Shown here: piece after piece, positions 1 through 12,375 of the stretch | Numbering within the stretch: the stretch's first letter is position 1 | Layout: every line of letters begins with the position of its first letter | Origin: Ylistrum balloti | Taxonomy: Eukaryota | DNA length: 64,000 nt | Assembly: GCF_031769215.1 (NCBI RefSeq) | Contig: NW_026781969.1 | Location: 248,001 to 312,000 of the forward strand | Direction: 5' to 3' | Notes under the pieces: model-generated | What the model saw: the letters and a program-made list of their open reading frames with translations, nothing else | What the model was told of the DNA's origin: nothing | The model's database searches: none | Translations under genes and position numbers: made by a program

Positions 1-135
1 TTAATATAAGAAAAAATACCAATATTTTGCCTTATTCTTGTGATATGAATAATATTAAACAAACACCTATAAAATAATCATTTTTTAATGTTCATGGTAC
101 ATTTACATGTGTTTACATACTGACACATTATTCAG

Positions 136-3100
136 GTGTGGAAGTGTGAGTTCTGTGGTCATAAGATGGAGGTGGACATTATGGAGGAAGAAAAACCAAC
201 TCGGGATGATGTGACCTTTATGTTGACCCCTGCTTTGTCAACCACAAGTAGTGGACCAAAGGGCACCAACAACTCACTGGTCATTTTTTGTATAGATGTC
301 TCTGGCAGCATGTGCATCACAACAGAGGTAAGAGGTCGGGGCCAGGACAGCTGGACAGCATTGTTGATAAGAGTTGGGAGAAACTGGGAAATTATGATTA
401 AATCACTTTATTGAACTGCTATACCAGTGCAAATTATAGGTATCATAAAGTTATTATGACAATCAGAAATACAAGTGCTCTATCATTGTATGGAATGATC
501 AACTGAAATGAAAGCTAGCTTATAAACATCATGATAATAATGACTATGATTGTAGAAAGGTTCTCATGGTATCAAGTATTGATATTGTCATCTGCCCTCT
601 TTGATCTGGATGTTAAGGCTTTCAACACTTTACATAAATCTATTTCTTCTGAAAGATTAACATGACGATATTTGCTATATATATTTGATATATATATACT
701 GTTTTTATACCCATTGTTTAGGTACCAGGTAAATTGAAACTGAGAGGCGGAGGTAGTGCTCGACATGTTCGCCGTATGCAGGATGACCGCCATGACCAGT
801 TCTTACCCAACCAGAACAGAAATGTGACATTTGTGTCAAGACTACAAGCTGCACAAGCTGCTGTTGACCAGCAACTGGAAGAGATGTCCAAAAACCACCC
901 AAACAGAAGAGTGGGCTTAATTATTTTCAATAGTGAGGTAAGTTCTGCAAGCATATTGCAGGCTTATATCAGGACATTGTTCAGATCAGCAAAACCTGCT
1001 ATATCGTGGATTTGAATAGAACCAGCATCTGTTTTGATAATTAAGAACAACAAGACATTTTTATTAAGAGAAGCAGTGATAATGCTAGAAGTTGTGTCTA
1101 ATAAACTACTCTCTGCCATTGTAGGTTGTTGTAGTCGGGGATGGGAAGTCCACACCGGTTGTCATTGCTGGGGACAAGCTAACAGAAAAAGAGGAGTTAG
1201 TAAAGATAGGCACTGACCTGCCATGCCCGGGGGACATCAGAACTACACGTGCAACACTCAGCACCAAAATCTTTGAGTAAGCACAGTCTTCAGTCTCCCA
1301 TGACTTTTACATCATATGATATCATTAATTTAGGTGACATATCCTTGTGATACCATTAATTTAGGTGACACATCCTTGTGATACCATTAATTCAGGTTAC
1401 ATATCCTTGTGATACCATTAATTTAGGTGACACATCCTTGTGATACCATTAATTTAGGTGACACATCCTTGTGATACCATTAATTTAGGTTACATATCCT
1501 TGTGATACCATTAATTTAGGTGACATATCCTTGTGATACAATTAATTTAGGTGACACATCCTTGTGATACCATTAATTCAGGTTACATATCCTTGTGATA
1601 CCATTAATTTAGGTGACACATCCTTGTGATACCATTAATTTAGGTGACACATCCTTGTGATACCATTAATTTAGGTTACATATCCTTGTGATACCATTAA
1701 TTTAGGTGACATATCCTTGTGATACCATTAATTTAGGTGACACATCCTTGTGATACCATTAATTTAGGTGACACATCCTTGTGATACCATTAATTTAGGT
1801 GACACATCCTTGTGATACCATTAATTAAGGTGACATATCCTTGTGATACCATTAATTTAGGTGACACATCCTTGTGATACCATTCATTTAGGTTACATAT
1901 CCTTGTGATACCATTAATTTAGGTGACATATCCTTGTGATACCATTAATTAAGGTGACATATCCTTGTGATACCATTAATTTAGGTGACACATCCTTGTG
2001 ATACCATTAATTAAGGTGACATATCCTTGTGATACCATTAATTTAGGTGACACATCCTTGTGATATTATTATTTCAGGCTAGAGGAAGGGGGTGCTACAG
2101 CTCTAGGACCTGCCTTACTTGTTGCGTCAACGATGGCCTCCCAACAACCTGGGTCTAAGGTGATAATCTGCACTGATGGGCTGGCAAATGTTGGCCTTGG
2201 TCGACTGGATATTTCCACAGCAGATGTACAGGAGAGCTCCCTTGACTTTTATGAGAGTGTTGCTGACACTGCTGCAGATAAGGGGTAGGTCTACCTTAGA
2301 GGTTTGGATTTAAACAAACATAAAGACAATTTTATTATGTTTTAAGTGTAATTTTGTCAATTTACCATAAGCTTGAAAAGGTGTATTATTACAGAGATTC
2401 TGTTTCATTGAAGAAATTTTGTTTGATGTGTGTTATAGAGATTCTGTTTCAGTGAATGTTTAATATTTTTTAATTATTTGATTCTTGATGTAAATGAAAT
2501 ATTTTCGACTCCTCCAAAATTGCTTAAAAATCATACCAAGCTTGTTAACAGTGAAAACCAGCTTGAAACATTTGAACATATCCAAACAATCAAGATTTAT
2601 TGAAATGGTCTTTCTAAACATGATTACCAATGTAAACAGACTGCTTTCCTTATCATTGACATGATTTTTATACAGACAAGTGTTTGAATTTATCAGCATG
2701 AACTGCCTCCATCAGATTACATTGGATAATTCATGTAACGAGACAGTTGTTTAACCCCTGTAATATCAGTCATCAGTCAAACCTAGTAAAGTTGTTTAGG
2801 TTTGACTGAAAAAGCATGAAATGTATATTGTAAACCTATGTTCTTTTACTGCTACAAACCTTTGCATCTGCTTTCCCCAAAGTCACTATTATGTCGACAT
2901 TTGAATTCAGAGATAAATCTCAATAAATCTGCTTATATAAATTTTCCCAGTTTATGGACAAATGAGATCATAAATTATAAATCTCCTCCATGTATATTAA
3001 TATTTTTACAACATATCATGCTTAACCATGTTTGTTGTTTATCATTTCTGTCAGAATTTGCCACAGTTACTGTTCACAAACTTGAACTTTGTGAAGATTT

Positions 3101-6100
3101 TCAGTATAACAGTGTGACAATCAACTGAGGGATTATTTTTTGTGTGTTTTACAGAGTGTCTATCTCAGTGATTAGTATGAAGGGCACAGACTGTAAGATG
3201 ATTCAGCTTGGTAAAGTGGCAGACAAGACAGGAGGACAGGTATAGACATTACATGCTGTCTGTGATAGGAACATCAATAAAAAATTATGAAGAAATATTG
3301 ACATACATGTAAATCACATTAACTAACTCCTTTCATGGTTTCTATCATGTTACTTTATATTACATCTTCTGGAGAAAATATCTAGAGATTATTATATGAC
3401 CATGCATTTTGATATCACACCCCTTATCACCTCGAGAGTCCTGATATTAGTACTCAAGTGCTAATAAAGGTCTGATATCAAATGGCCATCAAAAATAATA
3501 TCATACATGTGTGAAAGTTAAATTAAATTGCATTATACAGTGATTTTATCATTCTTCAACTCCACTGTAACAGTGAGAAACTTCTAAACTTTCATGGTTT
3601 TCCATAGTTTTGTTAGATTTTGACACATTTTATTTAAAAAAATGTTGCACTGAAATATGTTTGAGCTAATTGCAGTTACAGTATGGTGTTAATATTAATC
3701 AGTTAAAGTGGATGCAGAAATTCAACATTGCACTTATTTGCCGAAAAATTGTAATCTGCTAAAATTTTATTGCGCCAAATTTAGTTTGTCATTTTAAGCT
3801 TTTATTTTTCTTTATAATACTGAAAACAGATAAACATAGTGGACCCTCTGAAGCTGACACAAGAATTTTCAACGATTCTGGAAGGTCGTATCATAGCAAC
3901 AAATGTGGTGGCCACATTCATCCTACACAAACAGCTGTATGTAACCTGATTTTTTTTCATGATCCATTATTTTAGAAACTATATCATGAGGATAGGGTTA
4001 TCAACTGGCCCATTACTGTTGTTTTTCTTCTTCAACCTTTTTTGCTATCAGTTTCCTGACTTTCAAAACATTTTTTGTTGTACTGTAAAAGTTGTTATTT
4101 TTGTGGGGCTTTATTTTCCACTCTTGAAGGATGGCATAAAACTACAAAAAATGGATACCTAGAAAATATGTGTAGGTGTGTTGTTTTTTTAAAAGAATTC
4201 TGTAGTCAATTGCATGACTTTCATGAAAAGCACATTCTTCTGTTCCGTGATTGTAGTAAAACCATGGAAATGTGAATCATCAGAAAAATTCAATCTTTGC
4301 AGTATTTGTTAACAAGTAATCTGTTATTATCAAAACAAACTGTAATATCTGATTTTTGCTTGAAATAAATCTGACTGAAGATATTTATTTTGATCATTTT
4401 TCATCCACATGAAGGTTTTTTCATTATGAAGACACAGAAGAAAGCAAAGTTGTGAAAAGTGTTGGAAATGTAACCTCTGACACTGAGATTACTTTTGAGT
4501 ATGGTGTTAGAACCAAGTCAAATAAAGACAAAGGTAAGGATAAGAGAGTAAATAATGCCTCTACATTCAATGACATAAAAATTGTGAATACATTAAAGGA
4601 AGCTGTGGTACGACAGGAAATGGTGAGGGTGGGGATATTACAAAATTTGATCTTTGATTAAGCTTAGCTATTACATAGTGTATTCAGATATGTTGAAAAT
4701 TATTGTGAATTTGTCTTTTACAGTTAATTTAGTACATGGCCACTATTAAGTAATGTTGTAATGGGTGAAATCACACATGATATATTTGTTGTTTATTTTT
4801 AACAAAGTGCTGATATGAGTTAAAATGAAAACTGCAACCAAGTGTAAATACAGGGTATGAGCTTAGCTGAAAAGACCTGTCAGTTAGATTACCATCCTGG
4901 TATAGTTTCCATGTCAGTGAACTTAACTTCACAAGTCATACTTCTGCTGAAGGTGACACAGTATGGCCACTTAAATGTCATACATAAAGTATTAAAATCT
5001 TTTCACTTAGTGTATAGGACTTTTAATGTGTTTTGTTGTCAATTGATTCTACCTACTTTGATCATCTCTTTAGATCAGTCCACTGCTCCTTCAAATCAAG
5101 TACCACAAGAGGGTGCTACAGGAGGTCAAAGTTCAGAAGGAGCAGGTCAAAGTTCAGAAGGTTCAGTTCAAAGTTCAGAAGGAACAGGTCAAAGCTCAGA
5201 TGATGATGCTGAACATCCAAAAGAGATGCCTTTCCAGCTGCAGGTGAAGTACACTGATGTAGATGGTGCTACTGCACTCCGTGTCCTCACCAAGTCCAAG
5301 CCTGTCACTAAGGATAGAAAGCAAGCTGAGAAAAGTAAGGACAATATTAATCAGTACATTATATTGTATGAAACCGAGTATGATGGTGTGGTGTGGAATA
5401 TCCTTATAGTTAGGCAATAACCCTTAAAACGTGAGGTTTCTTTGGATACTGTAAATTCCACCCACAGTGATACTCTTGTCACACTTTCATTTGGGCCATC
5501 AAGATATGATTAATATAACTGTATATAACTTGCTTAGCAGTTACTGTAAAAGAAGTAATGTTTATGTTAGATAATTATTAACCCTGTAGTCCTTTGTAAT
5601 TATCTAACCTGTAATCCCAGACTGATTACTAAGACCTCTGGATTGATCATTTAGTTACTTATTGTTTGATTTCAGGCTGGCATCATGTGGTTGTTTCTCT
5701 AATGAACTTAATTGATACATTCTTACAAAGTAGAATTACCAAGTAAATCAGATATGAAACAATACCTAAGATTGAGTTTGATTATAACGATATTTAAGAC
5801 TGGAAACAATCAAATATGATCGTTTTTGACATATACTAAACAAAAAAAGAACGGTAACACTACTTTATTCTGTGATTAATTAATTAACCCCTTCATAAAT
5901 CCTTACCAATCATGTACGAATAAAGTAATTGATCAATTCTGATAAAACTGCAGTCATGGTTCATTATAAAACTTTGCGTTCAGTTGATTTTATTCGACTG
6001 TAAAGGACGTTGGGGTCAATTTCAAAGGTAACACCGTTAGTAACGGTATGGCTACCGTAAACAGCATTGCAGGGTCGTCGCATGGAACTCGTAAACCAGT

Positions 6101-9100
6101 GGATAATTCAAGGAGAGATGTTGTTCCATTCAGCGATCAAGGCTTGGGCCAGCTCCTGCAAGTTTGATGGCTGATTTTGACGTTTTCTCACGCGTCGCCC
6201 ATGAACGTCCCAGACATGCTCAATCGGTGACAATTCAGGTGATTTAGATGGCCAATCTAACACCTGGACGTTATTCTGCTGCAAGAAAGTTCTGCCTATG
6301 TGACTGATGTGCGCTGGTGCGTTATCCTGTTGAAAAATGGCGCCAACGCCATGGTGTCTTAAGAATGGCAGAACCACCGGTCTTAAAAATTCGTCCTGAT
6401 ATTGAATGCCAGTTAAATTGCCATTTAACACAAGCCTGGTATGAGTCACCCCACAAATACCACCCCAAATCATTACACTTCCGCCGCCAAAGTGGTCCCA
6501 ATCTGCGACACAGCAGTTCGCAAAACGCTCCCCTCGTCGCCTCCACACTCTGCACCTTCCGTCACCAACGACGGTGAACACGGGTCCAGTTATGCCAATT
6601 ATTACGGTGATGTCGCAACAAATTGGGTCCAGTTTAGGGACGCCACACTTTCAATTGGTAGGCCCTCAACCTGTTGCGAACTGTTTGGGGAGACACACGA
6701 TGCCCAAACAATGTCCTTGTAGTCTCTACTGCGGTTACGAATCGATTGCGCAAGTGTATCAATCGTATACGACAGTCATCCCTGGCAATCGTTTTACGGG
6801 GTCGGCCGCTTTGGGGACGATCAGATGTTGACCCAGTTTGGTTCAAACAACTTACCAACTGGCAAATTGTCTTAACATTGCAACCAAAATGCCGTGCAAC
6901 TCGACGGTGATACTCCCCAGCCTGAATCATGCCTACAGCCCTTTGTCTCTGTACTTGTGACAGCCGGGGCATAATGATAAAGTTGATAGATAGCAAGATT
7001 TGATGATTATTAAGTCCTAAGGATTTAAGGAACAGTTGTCAGTTTGAATGTTTATGAAATTCAAGCGAAGATACAAGTTAGTCGCAGAAAACCCTGTGCA
7101 GCTCTTTCACTGATACAGACTTTCACGCTTGAATGATTTTGGTAACCCCATTGGATTTTGTAATGTAAAACATTACCATTTTCTAATATTGCACAAACGT
7201 CATTTTGTTTTCACTCATTTACAGGTATTCGCCAAGGAAACATGTTAACCTTTCTTTTTTTGTTGAGTATATATTTGTATCTCTTCAATATGATTTTGAT
7301 ACATTTTCTTGTAGAGATGAAAATGGATGTGGTTGCTAAACACACAGCTCAAGTATCAGCCAACCTAGCACTAGATGGCAAGTACACACAGGCTCGTAGC
7401 AGGGCACTTATGAACCAGAGACTTGCCTGGAGACACAAGAAGTAAGGGTTTCTATCCAAAGAAAGTACACCCACATCTCATCACAGTACACACATTCTCT
7501 TCATAGAACACCACCATAGTATTCAGGGTTATCATCTGAACAAAGACCAGTACACAGGGTCATCATCTGTACAAAGACCAGTACACAGGGTCATCATCTA
7601 TATAAAGACCAGTACACAGGGTCATCATCTCTACAAAAACCAGTACACAGGGTCATTATCTGTACAAAGACCAGTACACAGGGTCATCATCTATATAAAA
7701 ACCAGTACACAGGGTCATCACCTATACACAGGGTCATCATCTTTAGAAAGACCAGTACACAGGGTCATCATCTGTACAAAGACCAATACACAGGGTCATC
7801 ATCTCTATAAAAACCAGTACACAGGGTCATCATCTGTACAAAGACCATTACACAGGGTCATCATATGTACAAAGACAAGTACACAGGGTCATCATCTGTA
7901 CAAAGACCAATACACAGGATCATCATCTCTATAAAAACAAGTACACAGGGTCATCATCTCTATAAAAACCAGTACACAGGGTCATCACCTATACACAGGG
8001 TCATCATATGTACAAAGACCAGTACACAGGGTCATCATCTCTATAAAAACCAGTACACAGGGTCATCACCTATACACAGGGTCATCATCTGTACAAAGAC
8101 CAATACACAGGGTCATCATATGTACAAAGACCATTACACAGGGTCATCATATGTACAAAGACAAGTACACAGGGTCATCATCTGTACAAAGACAATAAAG
8201 ACCAATAAAAACAAGTACACAGGGTCATCATCTCTATAAAAACCAGTACACAGGGTCATCACCTATACACAGGGTCATCATCTGTACAAAGACCAATATA
8301 CAGGGTCATCATCTCTATAAAAACAAGTACATAGGGTCATCATCTCTACAAAGGCCAGTACACAGGGTCATCATCTGTACAAAGACCAGTACACAGGGTC
8401 ATCATCTATATAAAGACCAGTACACAGGGTCATCATCTCTACAAAGGCCAGTACACAGGGTCATCATCTGTACAAAGACCAGTACACAGGGTCATCATCT
8501 GTACAAAGACCAGTACACAGGGTCATCATCTGTACAAAGACCAGTACACAGGGTCATCATCTGTACAAAGACCAATATACAGGGTCATCATCTCTATAAA
8601 AACAAGTACATAGGGTCATCATATCTATAAAAACCAATGCACAAGGTCATCACATGTTCATCTTGACTATATTGCATAGACCACTACCATAGTACATGTG
8701 GTTGTCACATTAACACAACTGTTAAAAATTGAAATATGAAGTACTGGTTTATCATTCTTACTTGTTAATACTAAAGTCTGTTGATGTTGCTTGCAGGAGT
8801 GACACCCATGAGAGCAAGTCTGAGAGAAAGGCAGCCCACGAAACCTATGAAGCAGTGTTTGGGAAGGTCAGATCAGTGGAGAACTACCTCAACATGGCAC
8901 AGAAGGTAAACTATATGCACATAAGAATCTTACACATTACATTTATGCAAAACAACAGGACTGGTGCAACAGTGAATGAAATTTTAGTATATTGTTGTAA
9001 ACAAAGAGATGTGTTAGCATAATCTTATTAGTATATCAAGTCTTACACAAGTTAAACTGTGAGATTCTGTCTAACCTCTAAGTTAGGAGACTTTACAAGC

Positions 9101-9818
9101 ATTTGTAAAAATGTCATTAGACTAACAGAATCTAATTTGGCAATATTCTCGCTCTATATCTCTTTCTTTGGTGAGGTCACAATATCATTTTGTGTTGTTA
9201 CAAAAGGGTTGTTAATAGCAAAGTGTACTTTATCCAGAGGGAGACAGCTTCTAAAGGGAGAACTTATAGTGATGATGAAGAAGATGATTATGAAAGCAAA
9301 GTTGAATATCTAGCCCCAGGGTACTCTGTACCCGCACCTACAGAGAAGAGTGGATCCCTTTTTGGAAGGAAGAAAAAAAACAAAAAGGTAACCATTATCT
9401 TCCTATAACACATTCCATATTTTAGTCTTTAAGAAATACAAAATAAACATGAACATTTAGAAAGTTGGAGAGTTATGTTACCTGTGGTAGAGATTTGTTT
9501 ATTGGGTTGTTCAGAGGGGTAGCCACCAGCTAAAACAAAGAGACACCATTTCAAAATGACCTTGACTGTTCATCAGATGATAAACCCAACATGACTCCTC
9601 ATAACAGTTGTAAACTCATTTGGAAATCCATCTTACATATAAATAGTTATTTACAAAATTAATGAACAGTAAATCTGTCCTTGTCTATTGATATGTTCTT
9701 ATGAAAACTTTTTCTTGTTTGTTAGATGTTGAAGGTATCTAGGACAACTGAAACATCCGATGAGGCTGCTCAAATGCTGTATGAACTCAAGAGTGCCAGC
9801 AAGGTTATGAAGAAGTAA
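136..9818 (+). CDS. Zn-knuckle + vWA domain protein (Sec23/Sec24-like; metazoan 'circularly permutated Ras protein 1-like'), 5'-truncated by the window edge
   Basis: 12 phase-consistent GT-AG exons: 136-327, 722-937, 1125-1276, 2078-2284, 3155-3239, 3830-3936, 4415-4533, 5074-5334, 7315-7441, 8797-8905, 9238-9387, 9726-9818 (TAA), about 605 aa in the window. Motifs: WKCEFCG (second half of a Zn knuckle), VIFCIDVSGSM (vWA DxSxS), LEEGGATALGPAL, KVIICTDGLANVGLG, LGKVADKTGG. Family name is from recognition, not a search. Confidence 0.85.
1320..2077 (+). repeat. 31-bp minisatellite, about 24 copies, intron 3 of the vWA gene
   Basis: Unit TACCATTAATTTAGGTGACACATCCTTGTGA; period measured 1331 to 1362. 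The array ends in register with the functional acceptor AG at 2076-2077. Confidence 0.95.
3409..3482. repeat. Degenerate palindromic element (MITE/Crypton-like relic)
   Basis: Imperfect inverted arms TTGATATCACACC...GGTCTGATATCAA around a CCTGATATTAGTAC centre. Confidence 0.4.
5122..5199 (+). repeat. Coding 21-bp minisatellite (GQSSEGx x about 4) inside exon 5074-5334
   Basis: GGTCAAAGTTCAGAAGG units; translation GQSSEGA-GQSSEGS-VQSSEGT-GQSSDD. Confidence 0.85.
5834..7269 (-). mobile_element. Tc1/mariner DNA transposon (DD34E), full length but inactivated, intronic
   Basis: TA target-site duplication at 5832-5833 and 7270-7271. Imperfect TIRs: left TACTAAACAAAAAAAGAACGGTAACA, right (reverse complement) TACTCAACAAAAAAAAGAAAGGTTAACA. 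1436 bp, with a transposase remnant inside. Confidence 0.92.
6037..6972 (-). pseudogene. Tc1 transposase pseudogene
   Basis: N-terminal paired-like HTH (MPRLSQVQRQRAVGM...GRPRK...), GGGSVMIWGGI, FQQDNAPAH and SPELSPIEHVW with 34 residues between D and E. Lesions: stop at 6634-6636, a frameshifting deletion near 6570 removing the FSDES-type motif with the first catalytic Asp, stop at 6108, and a frameshift near the C-terminus. Confidence 0.92.
7540..8640 (+). repeat. 31-bp minisatellite with occasional 19-bp short units, intronic
   Basis: Unit CAGTACACAGGGTCATCATCTGTACAAAGAC; period measured 7548 to 7579. Unrelated in sequence to the 1320-2077 array. Confidence 0.95.
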
Positions 9819-12375
9819 CATTCCAAACTGTTTACCTTAACTCTGCAGGAAACATGGCAGATAAGGCAGCATAAACAGCTCTACTGACTTCCTGCATATT
9901 GTCACTTTTATTGTGCCCTATTTCTTAGCCCAATTTGTCATATTTTTGTACATCGCCTTCGTACGCATGGAAGATATTGCTTTATTATATGAGAAGTAAG
10001 ACTGTTTAAAAATTGGATTTGTTTACAGACTATTGTGAATATTTAAATCTGGACCTGTGAACTATTTCTAATTAGTCGACTTCTTTTTTAATGATCTTGA
10101 ATAATTCTTCATATTTATAGATAATGCAACTGTCTGTGGTTTCTTCACTCATACATACATAAATAAATCAAACTGTGATATAGTTAATTGTTAACTGCAT
10201 GATATAAAAGTACAATTTATCTTCATTTGTTTAGGAAATAAGTTAACTACTGTAAGTACTTCACATGCATCTTAGTAATATTGACTAAGTTTTAGATATT
10301 ACTGCATTTCATTTTTTCATGCAGTTATTTCTGGACTAGATGTTGGATTCCCTGTGTGTATTAAATAAGCAAACATTTGATATTCACTTTTAATGATCAA
10401 GATTTAAAGATACCAAAATTTTAATATATTTCTGTTTATGTATCTTGTTATATATTGTAAGATTTTTTTTTTGACTTTTTATACATGGGGTATTTTGATT
10501 TTGTTAAACCAGAGCAGGTTGTATAATATCACTTAATGTTTATTTGCACCTGTTGTGATGTGTACTGGTATTTTATGTAAAAAATGTACAAAATTGATGT
10601 CTTTCTGTGCTTGTGTTGAGTTGTCATTTTTTTTCTTTATCACACAATATCTAAGCAGTTATTAAGTCCTAACTATACTGTATACATGGAAGATCGTGTC
10701 CCAATTACAGCATGCTTAGCTGGCTAAAACATGTCTGCAACCAATTAGACTGAAGGAAAATATACTGTATAGAAACCTGAATTCAGGATTTTTTTTTATT
10801 TTATCGACTCATATTAAGGCGCTTCAGTATACCACTGTGCATTTTCCTAAAATTCAGTGAAAACCTGCGTTATATATACTTGGTTCCTTGAATATTTTTG
10901 ATATTTTGTTGTTGTACTGGGTGTAATAGACCAGAGTCGGATGTAAAATATGTTCGTCTTTGAATGGATTGCAGAAAGTACACACAAGTAAAATGATTTA
11001 TTTTTGTCACATTCAGACTCCCATTGTTCTAGATCGTTAAGGGTATGCATGTCTAACAAGGGACATATTTTAGCCATTTTAGTCACGAAGATGCAATGAA
11101 TTCCATTTGCTCCTTTTCATTATCTGTTCTGGGAGCTTTAAAAATAGACCATTTTTCTTATGTCAGGAATCATCATATTACAACGCATGAAATGCACTCA
11201 GATTTTGATAATTACAAATAAAATGTTGAATTTTTAACTGTTTTTGTGTTATGTTTAGCTGGTTGATGTACATGTTAATTGCAAAGCATGACAATACACC
11301 ATATTCACTCCCCCAGGCAGTAGTATACACCACCTCACCAAGATGAATCCAAACCTCAGGCATGAAGTTCCAGTTGTGACTGTAGAATAGAGGGTATGGA
11401 AAACTTTTTCATTGCTCTAAGTGACCACCTTGATACACGACACACTTCCAGTGACTAGTCTTGAAAAGCTTGTTCTTTTATGCATGTCAAAGGTCAAAAT
11501 GAAGCTCAAATTGACCTACTTTTGATTCATGACATTGCCTCACCAAGGTAAATCTATTCCCTAATTTATGTTCCAGGGACAAGTAGTGCAATAGATATTT
11601 TTTTTATGCTTCTTCTAATGGAATAGTATTTAATACCTGGACGGTAGTTTCCACCCTGTGATATTCACAGAAATGTTGGCTGCTTTTCTGTTATTCCTCC
11701 AAAGCCATAATTTTAATTTTCCACTTTTGCCCAAGGATATTGAAAGAAGGACCATTATTCATGTAACACTTCTTTGTGTCATGCTTCAATATGTTATTGG
11801 TTTTAATTGCCATACTACATTTTCCTAGTTTTAATTACTGATCCACACTGTTTGGTTTCTCGTGAATATATTCGATTTAAGGCAAAAAAAAAAAAAAAAA
11901 GGCAACTGATGGCCACATTGGATTTTAACAGTTTGTAATAGCTTTTTCTTAAAATTACTGGATGCAGCATCAATCAATAAAAAACAATTCCAGCACTCTC
12001 AAAGAGCAAAGAATTAACAAAGGGAATGTGGATCTGGACTCATAATGGAAGATTATTGGGCCATATGACCAGAAACATTAAAAATATTACAAGGTATCAG
12101 CACATCACCTTATAAATAGATTAATCATTTCACACCTCATATCAGCATTATTTAACAGAAAGCACAAGGTTTATCTTATTTTGTTTGTGCATTTAATAAA
12201 TTACTTCTTGAAAACACTAACATAGTCTTAACCTTCTAAATTAAGTTTCACAGAAATGCTGCCAGATTTTCAAGTTTTCTCTTGCCTAATGAATGATAAA
12301 CAACAGAGTCTTATTTTGGTGTTCTACCCGATAATTTATTTACAAGAAACAGTGCTGGCTCCATGAACTGCTCTT

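Noticed and set aside
1320-2077. CRISPR-like appearance of the 23-36-bp repeat arrays here and elsewhere
   Set aside because: Units are directly adjacent with no unique spacers, there are no cas genes, and the context is eukaryotic introns.
6317-6910. Plus-strand ORFs overlapping the transposase
   Set aside because: Antisense shadows of the GC-richer transposase coding sequence.
7865-8239. 124-aa ORF in the ORF track
   Set aside because: It is a translation of the 31-bp minisatellite inside an intron, with no splice or codon evidence.
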